This document shows positions 25,863 through 33,979 of a DNA stretch of 63,581 bases, piece after piece. Numbering within the stretch: position 1 is the first letter of the stretch; the number at the start of each line of letters is the position of its first letter. The position numbers and the translations under genes were made by a program. Under the pieces are notes generated by a model, which was given only the letters and a program-made list of their open reading frames with translations, did not search any database and was not told the DNA's origin. The stretch lies in IMG/VR virus record IMGVR_UViG_3300036830_000158, positions 1 through 63,581 of that record. One strand, 5' to 3'. The DNA is from a virus (taxonomy: Duplodnaviria; Caudoviricetes).

Positions 25863-28083
25863 GCGGCACCACCCTCATAAATTTTCCCGGCCTTGCCGGA
25901 TCATCGACATAGTGATGCCCGTCCGGCGCCTGCCTGGCCCCAGGAATGCCGATCTGCGAGCCAGCGCGCGTTCCCGCGCCGGGCGAAGCCGCGCCGCCTG
26001 GACCAGCGGCCCCCGGCTGCTGTCCGCCCGCCATGGAGCCATTAACGGCCTCCATGCGGAATTTCAGGATCTCCATCTGGTGCTCGGCCCAGGCGATATC
26101 GTGCTCGCGATCCGTTTTCGACGCCTCGTTGGCGGCCGCGCTCAGCGCCTGGATCGCCTTTGCATAGTTCAGCACCTCAATCGATCGCGCCTTGGCCCCC
26201 TCGCGCTCGATGTTGGCGGCCTCGATCATCAGCATCGGATTGGGCGGCTGCTGTTTGACGATCAGTTTGTCGGCGTCCGGGATATCGGCCGCGTCCAGCT
26301 GCCGGCGCCTGATCTCGACCTGATCGATCAGCGGGTCGTTCTTGAAGCTGCCAAGAAACTCCGCGCGCGCCAGCTTGATCTGGTTCGACACCATCGACGG
26401 ATCGGAGATGGGTTCCACGCCGGCGCCCTTGGCGTAGTCGTCGCGGCCGATCGCACGCCACTGATCGCCTTCCTGGTAGCGGGAGTGGTCCTCCAGATAA
26501 ATCCGGTTCAGCCGGTAGTGCTTGCGGTACTCGGCTTTCATGCTGCGGTGGATGCGCTTATAGATGCCGACGAACACCTGCAGGCCCTGATCGATCAGCC
26601 CCATGAACGTCGTCGGCGACATGTTTGCCGAGACCGCCTGGCCAGACAGGATGTCCTTGATCGATCCGACTTCCTTCGCCGCCTCGACCATGAGCCCAAG
26701 CAGCGAGAACAGCACCTGGCTCGGCTGCGGGAATTGCAACGGCACGATGGCGTCGCGGATGCGTCCGCCCGGCGCATTGACCGGCATGAACTGGCCCATC
26801 TTGAAGCGCACCGCGCCGGTGTTCATGCTGAGGCCGCGCCCGATGAAGCCGGTTGCCGTATTCGATAGCGTCCCGGCGTCGATCAGCTGGTTGATCAGCG
26901 TGTTCACGGAATGATTGAGCGGCTGCAGAAGCTGCCCGAAACCGACGCCGTAGATGCCGCCTTCCGGGTTCGGGAAAAAGTCGTACTTGGTGTAATACTG
27001 CACCGGCTCGATGCGCATGATCGTCTGGCCCCGGATCTTGACGCCGTCGGCATCGTATCGGGCGACGATACGGGCAACCTTGCCGGTGCTCTTGTGCACG
27101 GTGACCACATAAGGCTCGGCGTAGCCGTCATCATCGAGGTCGAGCCGGCGATGCTGCTCGATGAACTCGTGCGGGGCGTCGTCATCTTCTGAAGAGATGA
27201 CCGGCTTGTCGTCGCTTCCCGACGGCATCGCCTTGCCGAAATCTTCCTTCAGCCAGACCTCGGAGCGCTGCAGCTCCTCGATCTCGGTCGGATAGAACCA
27301 GACGCATTCGGAGATCCGCGCCGCGCGGGCCAGCGATTTCGCCCAATAGTGGATGACGACGTTCTCGGCCGTGGCGAGATCGCAGACATTCTGGCCCAGG
27401 GCGCGATCGAAATAGGACTTCGTGAAGCAGCAGCCGGCGATCGGCAGCATGTGCGCCAGCTTGTCCTTGTCGTCCTCCCATTCCTCGATTTGCGAGAGGA
27501 ATTGCCAGGACATATGCGCGGCGATCTTATCGGCGCGTTTGCGTTTCGTCCCTGGCTGGACCGCCCATACGGGCTGCGGCTGCCCGTCGGGCTGCATCTG
27601 CATCGCGGGCGTTCCATCGGGACCGACCCGTGGCTCGCCATTATCGTCGCCGATGACAATGCCCTTAACGACGCTGCGGCCCGGCACGATGGCGGGCGTC
27701 AGCCGGCCCGCGAAGTGGATCGCGGCCGTGGTCATCAGCGGAAAGATGACGTTCGACGCCTTCGGCCACGGCGAGGTCTTCTCTTCGGCGACCTGCATGG
27801 CCAGCTTGAAGGCGGCGCGGTTCTTCTCGACGTAGTCGGAGCGGCTTTGATCGTCGATGTCGAATTCGCGCGTTACCTGCCGACCGATGGTCTGCAGCCT
27901 GTCGTTGTCGAACTCATCGGCGATGTTCGGCGACTTGATCCAGTCAACGAGATGGCTGTGCGGCCCGTTGTCGGGAGAGCGCTCCATACCGCCAGGGATC
28001 ACCGCCGGGGCGGGGAAAGACGGCGCTGACAACGGGTCGCCGTCCCCAGCGTCTGAGAACGGCGGGCTATCGAGTGGGTTCAA
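25846..28083 (-). CDS. Portal protein
   Basis: KTSPWPKASNV.FPL, FIEQH..LDLDDDGY.EPY, YGVGFG.LL..N..IDAG, PQPSQVLF.LL. Confidence 0.9.
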   Translation of the reverse strand: MNPLDSPPFSDAGDGDPLSAPSFPAPAVIPGGMERSPDNGPHSHLVDWIKSPNIADEFDNDRLQTIGRQVTREFDIDDQSRSDYVEKNRAAFKLAMQVAEEKTSPWPKASNVIFPLMTTAAIHFAGRLTPAIVPGRSVVKGIVIGDDNGEPRVGPDGTPAMQMQPDGQPQPVWAVQPGTKRKRADKIAAHMSWQFLSQIEEWEDDKDKLAHMLPIAGCCFTKSYFDRALGQNVCDLATAENVVIHYWAKSLARAARISECVWFYPTEIEELQRSEVWLKEDFGKAMPSGSDDKPVISSEDDDAPHEFIEQHRRLDLDDDGYAEPYVVTVHKSTGKVARIVARYDADGVKIRGQTIMRIEPVQYYTKYDFFPNPEGGIYGVGFGQLLQPLNHSVNTLINQLIDAGTLSNTATGFIGRGLSMNTGAVRFKMGQFMPVNAPGGRIRDAIVPLQFPQPSQVLFSLLGLMVEAAKEVGSIKDILSGQAVSANMSPTTFMGLIDQGLQVFVGIYKRIHRSMKAEYRKHYRLNRIYLEDHSRYQEGDQWRAIGRDDYAKGAGVEPISDPSMVSNQIKLARAEFLGSFKNDPLIDQVEIRRRQLDAADIPDADKLIVKQQPPNPMLMIEAANIEREGAKARSIEVLNYAKAIQALSAAANEASKTDREHDIAWAEHQMEILKFRMEAVNGSMAGGQQPGAAGPGGAASPGAGTRAGSQIGIPGARQAPDGHHYVDDPARPGKFMRVVPHGDGV

Positions 28084-28262
28084 TAGCCGCTCGTCTTGCC
28101 GCGCTTCACCCTGACGCGCGCGGGCGACTTGCGCGGCGCGCGGATCGGCTTCTTCTTCGGCATGCGCTTCATACCCTTCTCGCCGCCAATACCCATGGCG
28201 AGCCCCTTACGCAGAGACACGCCGGTCGCGACGATGCGTTCCAGATGTGCGGTGTCGTCCAT
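28080..28262 (-). CDS. Small basic protein
   Basis: 60 aa, Lys/Arg-rich C-terminus, GAGGA RBS. Confidence 0.45.
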   Translation of the reverse strand: MDDTAHLERIVATGVSLRKGLAMGIGGEKGMKRMPKKKPIRAPRKSPARVRVKRGKTSGY

Positions 28263-28355
28263 GACAAATCCTCATGCGCGCTTGCGCGTCTTCCGTTTCG
28301 TCTTCCGCACCGGCTTGCGCCAGCCGTCGGTCGCGTAATACGCCTTCACCTGCCG

Positions 28356-29444
28356 CTAAAAGATCGTCCCATTCTTAGCAAATCTCTTCATTGCTGAAGA
28401 AAGACCTTGCTCAGTATAACCTCGGATCATGTGAGCGCCATTTTTTGCGGTTGCGTTCGAGAACGTTAATTCATCGTATCCGATATGATGCGCATCATAT
28501 CGCGTCTGATTCACAATGAAATCAGCAGTTTGCAGAGGAATAACTCGTTTTGGAAAATCGAAAGCTAGCGGCCCTAGCGCGTCCTGATACCAGTCTTGCG
28601 AACCATAGACCCTAACTGTGCGAGGACTATATTCCGGATGATAGGCGAACATCGGCGCAACCAACTCCCCATCCGCTCTCTTTTTTGACCATCCGCGCAA
28701 CCATCGAACGGTGTGCTCGAAACAAAGATCATAGGGTGTAGGAAATGTGGTCAAAAAGCTGTCGTCTTTAACCACCTCGGCCCAGTCTGCATTGTCTACC
28801 CACACCCCAATTGCATGGATGTCCGCGTCTCTTAGGATTTCGGATAGGCGTTTGATATGTGCTAATCGGTGGAATTCTTCGACAAGGGCATATTCCCCTT
28901 CGCCCACAATGCATTCATGCATGTGAAAGGTTTTCACGCCCCTCTCCGCCAACAGCGCCAATTCTTCTCGCCAAAGCTTCTCGACGCTTGCCCATGCATC
29001 TTTGGTTGCTACATAGCCAGCTATGGCCGTAATAGTCGAACCGCCGCTCGTACCACTTTCGTCAAAATATGCCCTAAACAAACCGATCGCCCTCCATCTC
29101 GCAGAGGCCGGATGTAGCCAGTCCGCAACCTCGATGATGGAAACGGACTCTACATCATGCGCATCGGTATGTGAAGTGTAACGTTGCCGACTTTCTTGAA
29201 CGGCATCGTGCGAATTTCCATTCAGCTTCGACCGCCATTCCGCGCACCATTCCGTCAGCTGCATGGTCGGAAAAGCGGTCACGGTCAGCGGCCCCTGCGG
29301 CGAGCCGAGCACACACACCTGCGGCGGACGGGCGCGGCAGCTCACGGTTTTGCCGTTGGAATCGCCGTTCTTGCAGGTCTCGCAGCGCTGTGGGCGGATC
29401 AGCTTCTGTCCCCCAGGCAAGCCGGGCAGGATGACTTTGTTCAT
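28356..29444 (-). CDS. In-frame fusion: small Cys-rich phage protein + DUF3800-like RNase H-fold protein
   Basis: CETC...CRARPP...WCAEW followed by RAYFDESG...AIAGY...FHM...PLQTADFIV; the DUF3800 part is visibly lower in GC. Confidence 0.65.
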   Translation of the reverse strand: MNKVILPGLPGGQKLIRPQRCETCKNGDSNGKTVSCRARPPQVCVLGSPQGPLTVTAFPTMQLTEWCAEWRSKLNGNSHDAVQESRQRYTSHTDAHDVESVSIIEVADWLHPASARWRAIGLFRAYFDESGTSGGSTITAIAGYVATKDAWASVEKLWREELALLAERGVKTFHMHECIVGEGEYALVEEFHRLAHIKRLSEILRDADIHAIGVWVDNADWAEVVKDDSFLTTFPTPYDLCFEHTVRWLRGWSKKRADGELVAPMFAYHPEYSPRTVRVYGSQDWYQDALGPLAFDFPKRVIPLQTADFIVNQTRYDAHHIGYDELTFSNATAKNGAHMIRGYTEQGLSSAMKRFAKNGTIF

Positions 29445-29640
29445 TGGGTGTCTCTCGTTTCGATGTCGATTGCCGTCATTTCGTCGATGGATGCCGGGAG
29501 CGCTAGAAGGCGGGGCGCTCCCGGTCTTGAGGCTGCCGGACTCGTGGGTGGTGGGCGTTCGGCAGCAACACGCTTCCATCCCGGTCGACCATACGGAAGC
29601 CGTTTAGTATGGATGGTTTGGCGATTTGCCTATTTAAATC

Positions 29641-31449
29641 TCAATATCCTGTGACCGGGTTGCGGCTCTGATCGGCCCATTCGTCCATGGTCTCCTCAAC
29701 GACCCGGCGCTCGACCGAGGCAATGCTGAGCCCGGAGGCCAGCAACAATCCCGTCGCATGCATGAGGCCATCGTTTTCCTCGACGATCTCCCCCTTCTTA
29801 CCGCGGCGATAGGCGCGGTACTGAGCCAGCCATTGAGCCAGATTGGCGGCCACGCGCAGCTGGCGCGAGGCAATCCGAGCGTTGATCTCGGCCGCGGCGT
29901 TCTCGGCGTCGAACTCGGCGGTGTAGATGTCGATGTCGCTATCGATTAACCCTTCGACGATGCGCTCGCCTTGCTCTTCGGATCGGCCGCGGGCGCGAAG
30001 ATCGAATACGCCAGGGATCAGCTTGCCGCGCCGACGGATCGCATTGGCCCAGATCTCCGGGCGCGCCCGATCCTCGGCGTACTCGCCGTAGAGATAGACC
30101 ACATCGCCGTGCGGATCCCATGCCGCCCACACCCCCGACACCGCGCCGCCCACAACATCGAGGCCGAAGACGCGCGGCCAGTCGGTCAGCACCTTGACCT
30201 TGGTCGGATCGAACAGGAAGTTGCGTTCCGATGTCTCGCCCACGAGCGCCATGCGCACTCCTTCGACGGCGTAACGCGCCGCATCGATGACGTTGTTGTC
30301 CTTATCCTCAAGCACCGGCAGAACCTGCTGCGTGATTTTGTCGATCTTGTAGGAATAATGCGTGAACTCCGCGATCGTGTGCTTGCAGCGCGGATGAATG
30401 ATGATGTCGTAGCTCTTCAGGAACTCGACGCCATCCTCGATCGAGCCGGGGCCCTTGATCGCGGGCACGATATGCGGGTAACCGTTGCGGCGCATATAAG
30501 AGACTGTCTCCGGCCGGGCCGAATCCGCGGTGATTGGCCATTGCCTGGCGTGACCGTCATCGATCTCGTCGAACAGCGCCGGCGTATCGTCGATCTCGCA
30601 GCCGACCTTATAGGCCTCTGCGTCGATGTAGAGCGTCTTTTCCGCGATGATCCAGCACCGCACCAGCACGCTCGGATCGACGGCGAAACCCCAATCCGCG
30701 CCGTAATAGGGCCTGGCGTCATGCGGGATCTCGGCCTCATCGACGCGCCAGTTCTTGAATACGCGGGCTTCCGAATGCCGGCGATAATGCCCCAGCCAGA
30801 TATGCTGGTATTTCTCGAAATCGCGGCGCTTGTCGCGCTCCATGTCCCGGCGCAACTCATCCGGGAACCATGGGTTGTCGAGATAAGAGACATCGACCAG
30901 CACAAAATCTGGATCGCCCGCCGCGACATTCTCACGGAAGAACTTATCGACCGGATCATCCGGCGACATCGGGTTCCAGCCGAACATCATCTGCGAGCCC
31001 GGCGCACGGATGGTTGGGTAAAGCAGATCGATCGATGTTTGGCTGATCGTCTGCGCTTCTTCGACGAAGGCCCGCGTATATCCCTCAAGAGACTTCATTG
31101 AGGTGGCCGTCGCCCCCTTCAAGCCCTTGAAGATCATCAGGCTATCGTTGGGGCCAACAATCTCCTTTTCCGTGATCTTAAACCGACCCGCATAGCCGAA
31201 CTTGTGGATTTTGTCCTCGACCAGCTGCTTGACCGAGTCCTTGATGCTGCTCTGCACCTCGCGAAGACAGGCGACGCGGTGATGCTCCGCGATCATATCC
31301 TCAACCAGCAACTCACAGTAGAAATGCGACTTTGCCGCGCCGCGTCCGCCTCTGGCGCCCTTGTACCGATGCCCGCCTAAAAGCGGGACGAAAGCCCGAG
31401 GCGTCTCGATACGGAGGACGCCAGCGTCAGCGGCGCTTCTCTCGGTCAC
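29641..31449 (-). CDS. terL: Terminase large subunit (PBSX-like)
   Basis: Walker A GGRGAAKS, Walker B FVEEAQ, WNP, YYGADWGF..DP, ADSARP, DAARYA. Confidence 0.95.
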   Translation of the reverse strand: MTERSAADAGVLRIETPRAFVPLLGGHRYKGARGGRGAAKSHFYCELLVEDMIAEHHRVACLREVQSSIKDSVKQLVEDKIHKFGYAGRFKITEKEIVGPNDSLMIFKGLKGATATSMKSLEGYTRAFVEEAQTISQTSIDLLYPTIRAPGSQMMFGWNPMSPDDPVDKFFRENVAAGDPDFVLVDVSYLDNPWFPDELRRDMERDKRRDFEKYQHIWLGHYRRHSEARVFKNWRVDEAEIPHDARPYYGADWGFAVDPSVLVRCWIIAEKTLYIDAEAYKVGCEIDDTPALFDEIDDGHARQWPITADSARPETVSYMRRNGYPHIVPAIKGPGSIEDGVEFLKSYDIIIHPRCKHTIAEFTHYSYKIDKITQQVLPVLEDKDNNVIDAARYAVEGVRMALVGETSERNFLFDPTKVKVLTDWPRVFGLDVVGGAVSGVWAAWDPHGDVVYLYGEYAEDRARPEIWANAIRRRGKLIPGVFDLRARGRSEEQGERIVEGLIDSDIDIYTAEFDAENAAAEINARIASRQLRVAANLAQWLAQYRAYRRGKKGEIVEENDGLMHATGLLLASGLSIASVERRVVEETMDEWADQSRNPVTGY

Positions 31450-31647
31450 GAAAGATTTTTTCTACGATGTCGAGCCAGGCATGGCAGCAAGCCGGATCCT
31501 TTTCGGCCACATAAAAGGCGAAGACGCCGGCGACAAGAACCGGGTCGTACCGATCGCAAAGCTCGACCATCCGATTTGCAGCTTCCTCTCCCATGAGTTT
31601 GAAACGCTCCGTCTCGGAGAGGACCCGGAGCAGCGCCGGCGGCAGAG

Positions 31648-32235
31648 TCATTTCGATTTCGGGTCGACGATCACCCGCTCGACGCGCCTGATCTCGATCG
31701 GCTTGCCGTCCTTGCCGGTGTGCTCGTGCCGTTCCACGAACATATTCAGATGCTTCGCCATGCTGTCGAGCGCGCCCTTCTTGTCGTGGAACTTGATCTT
31801 GACGCCGTTCTGGGTCTGCGAGACCTCGGCGATGGCGGCGGCCGTGTCGTCGTCGAGGTCGTCGCTCGACATCAGCTCGATCGCATTCGAGTAGATGTTC
31901 TTAATCACCAGGACCTCTCCGCCGTCCGGGTTGTCCTCTTCCGTGATCAGATCGCCGCGCCAGCACACCGCCTTGCGGATGTCGGCGAAACCGATCCTGG
32001 CGTATTCGGCGAGAATCCGCTCCTTGGTGACCTCGAACTTCGTGTGCAGACGGTTTTCGCGTTCGGCGAGAAGCTCTTTGCCGCGGGCCTGTATCCGTTC
32101 ATCTCCGTTCAGGCGTGCGGAATTGCTGTCGTTTCGTTTGTATCCGGCCCTGACATAGGCCTCGTCAGCCGTCAGCCCATCCAGATATCTGAACTGTGCG
32201 AACGCCTCGTGCTTCGGATTGGTGAGTGGCGGCAT
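31648..32235 (-). CDS. terS: Terminase small subunit
   Basis: LTNPKHEAFAQ..AYVRAGY..RL; KIKFHDKKGALDSMAKHL; EHTGKDG. Confidence 0.9.
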   Translation of the reverse strand: MPPLTNPKHEAFAQFRYLDGLTADEAYVRAGYKRNDSNSARLNGDERIQARGKELLAERENRLHTKFEVTKERILAEYARIGFADIRKAVCWRGDLITEEDNPDGGEVLVIKNIYSNAIELMSSDDLDDDTAAAIAEVSQTQNGVKIKFHDKKGALDSMAKHLNMFVERHEHTGKDGKPIEIRRVERVIVDPKSK

Positions 32236-32256
32236 CTGTCATTGTGGTTTAATGGA

Positions 32257-32644
32257 TCATTTGTCGCTGCGCAAGACGCTGGTCACTCAGGCCAATCGCA
32301 AGTCCTATCTGATGACCGATGAAGCCCAAGCCTATAAGGGCGTCGGCAAGGAATTCTCCGGTCACGGATCGGTCAATCATTCAGCCGACGAATATGTGCG
32401 CGGCACGTTCTGGCATACGAACACCGCCGAGAGCTTTTTCGCCATCCTGAAGCGCGGCGTGTACGGAACCTTTCATTCGGTTTCCGAAAAGCACCTTCAA
32501 CGTTATGCCGATGAATTCGCATTCCGCTGGAACACTCGCGTCAAGCTCGGCTTTGACGATTTCGAGCGCGCCAATCTCGTGCTGCAAGGCGCGGTAGGCA
32601 AGCGCCTGACCTATCGGCGGACTGACGAAGCCGCGCACGCTTAA
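32257..32644 (+). pseudogene. IS1595-family transposase, C-terminal fragment
   Basis: LMTDE..Y, HGSVNHS..EYVRG, HTNTAESFF..LKRGVYGTFHSVSEKHLQRY.DEF.FRWN, GKRLTY; N-terminal zinc ribbon and first catalytic Asp missing. Confidence 0.85.
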
Positions 32645-32689
32645 GCAGAAAGCGAGGCGCTTTCTCAGAAAAATGCGCGGACGATCAGG

Positions 32690-32860
32690 TTAAGCGCCCT
32701 TCGATTTTGGGCGTTTGCTCTTCTTCATGTCCTTGTGCTGCTTGGGCGGTGTCTTCAGCATGCGTTTCAGGATCGCATCGCCACGATCGGTTGCGTCCTT
32801 GCGATCTCCGCAATCATCCGCTGTGGGCGGATTTTCTTGTGCCTCTTGTGACTTAGGCAT
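32690..32860 (-). CDS. Small protein convergent with the IS1595 fragment
   Basis: DAILKRMLKTPPKQH motif. Confidence 0.5.
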   Translation of the reverse strand: MPKSQEAQENPPTADDCGDRKDATDRGDAILKRMLKTPPKQHKDMKKSKRPKSKGA

Positions 32861-33019
32861 GGTCAATCCCGCTGCGAAGCAGCTATCTTCCCGTTGCCAG
32901 ATTCGACGGAGGGGAGCCACCAGCAAGTGATTCTCCCCGCCATCTCTTCGTGGCGTCTGGCTGGCGTACCCGACCTAGCGGTGGGTGCCTTTGGAGTCGA
33001 TCCGTCGCGGCTCCATTGT

Positions 33020-33088
33020 GGGGACGGCAGGTTCGCGGGAGGCTCCCTTGCGAAGTAGCGCCCGTCGGTTCAAGTCCGACCGTCTCCA
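33020..33088 (+). tRNA. Degenerate tRNA-like element (no normal D-arm, ambiguous anticodon)
   Basis: Acceptor GGGGACG/CGTCTCC + A; T-arm GTCGG-TTCAAGT-CCGAC; imperfect anticodon arm around cttgcgaa. Confidence 0.45.
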
Positions 33089-33159
33089 ACTCGAATCAAG
33101 CCAAGACCTAGCTTGATCCATTCCTATGTAAGCAGCCATTGCCGGTCTGGCAATTTCTA

Positions 33160-33178
33160 AGTGCACAGATTGTGCACT
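33160..33178. promoter_or_regulatory. Putative repressor operator upstream of the late operon
   Basis: AGTGCACA-gat-TGTGCACT palindrome, same consensus as the cI/cro operators. Confidence 0.65.
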
Positions 33179-33264
33179 CGACCGCGCATTCCCTGTTTGC
33201 GGCTCAAACATTTCTGGAGCCATACCGCAATCTACCGGAATGATTTTTGAATTTTCGCTTTTTG

Positions 33265-33906
33265 TCAAGCGCCGATCTTCCATGGCTCACGTAAGGCGCC
33301 GATTCCAGACACTTCGAAGCAGGCCAGACGTGGGTCGACGCGAAACGCCGACTTCAAGCTGGCCAAGCCCTCCCACCAGGTCAGGTAGTGGCCCCTGGCC
33401 TCGTCACGAATGGCGTCCGCGATCGCCGGCGGGGTGCCCTGATATTCGATCAGACATCCGATCGCATGCCGATGTTTGTTCCATATCATTCGGATCTCTC
33501 CGCCACCCGCCTTCCGCGACGGCACGATACGAAACCCAGGAACGATGGGATTCCAGTTCGGCGGTATCGCTGTAGAGCCAGCCTTGACGATCAGGCGCTG
33601 CGCTATGCTGGAACGCTGCCTGACATGGGCGTGAACGACATGAGCAGCCAGGGCGGCGGATGTGCCGGCGCCATTGATGCAGCCCCTGCCATCATAACCG
33701 CGCCGGACGCCGAGGAGGTCGTCGATCCAATTTCTGTCATTCCGACCGGGCAGGAATTCAGCATGCCTGTCGACCTCATACTGCACCATCTGTATCCGGT
33801 ACGCCCAGATCGTCAGATCGAACACGGAAATGGTTCGGCGTCCGCCTTTGGGGTTTGCAGGGTTCGCGGGGTTCGCTACACCCGCACCTATGAAACTGTC
33901 AAACAT
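33265..33906 (-). CDS. Hypothetical protein (Q-like late-regulator position)
   Basis: Last early gene before terS; function inferred from position only. Confidence 0.45.
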   Translation of the reverse strand: MFDSFIGAGVANPANPANPKGGRRTISVFDLTIWAYRIQMVQYEVDRHAEFLPGRNDRNWIDDLLGVRRGYDGRGCINGAGTSAALAAHVVHAHVRQRSSIAQRLIVKAGSTAIPPNWNPIVPGFRIVPSRKAGGGEIRMIWNKHRHAIGCLIEYQGTPPAIADAIRDEARGHYLTWWEGLASLKSAFRVDPRLACFEVSGIGALREPWKIGA

Positions 33907-33979
33907 TCACCACCATTGTATACAATTGACACTTTCTACACGAGTAATAAGGGAAACCCCTGTTTCCCCATAAACCCCC

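Noticed and set aside
32880-32945. tmRNA-like or tRNA-like fragments (GATTCGACGG, CCACCA)
   Set aside because: I could not build consistent stems; too weak to call.
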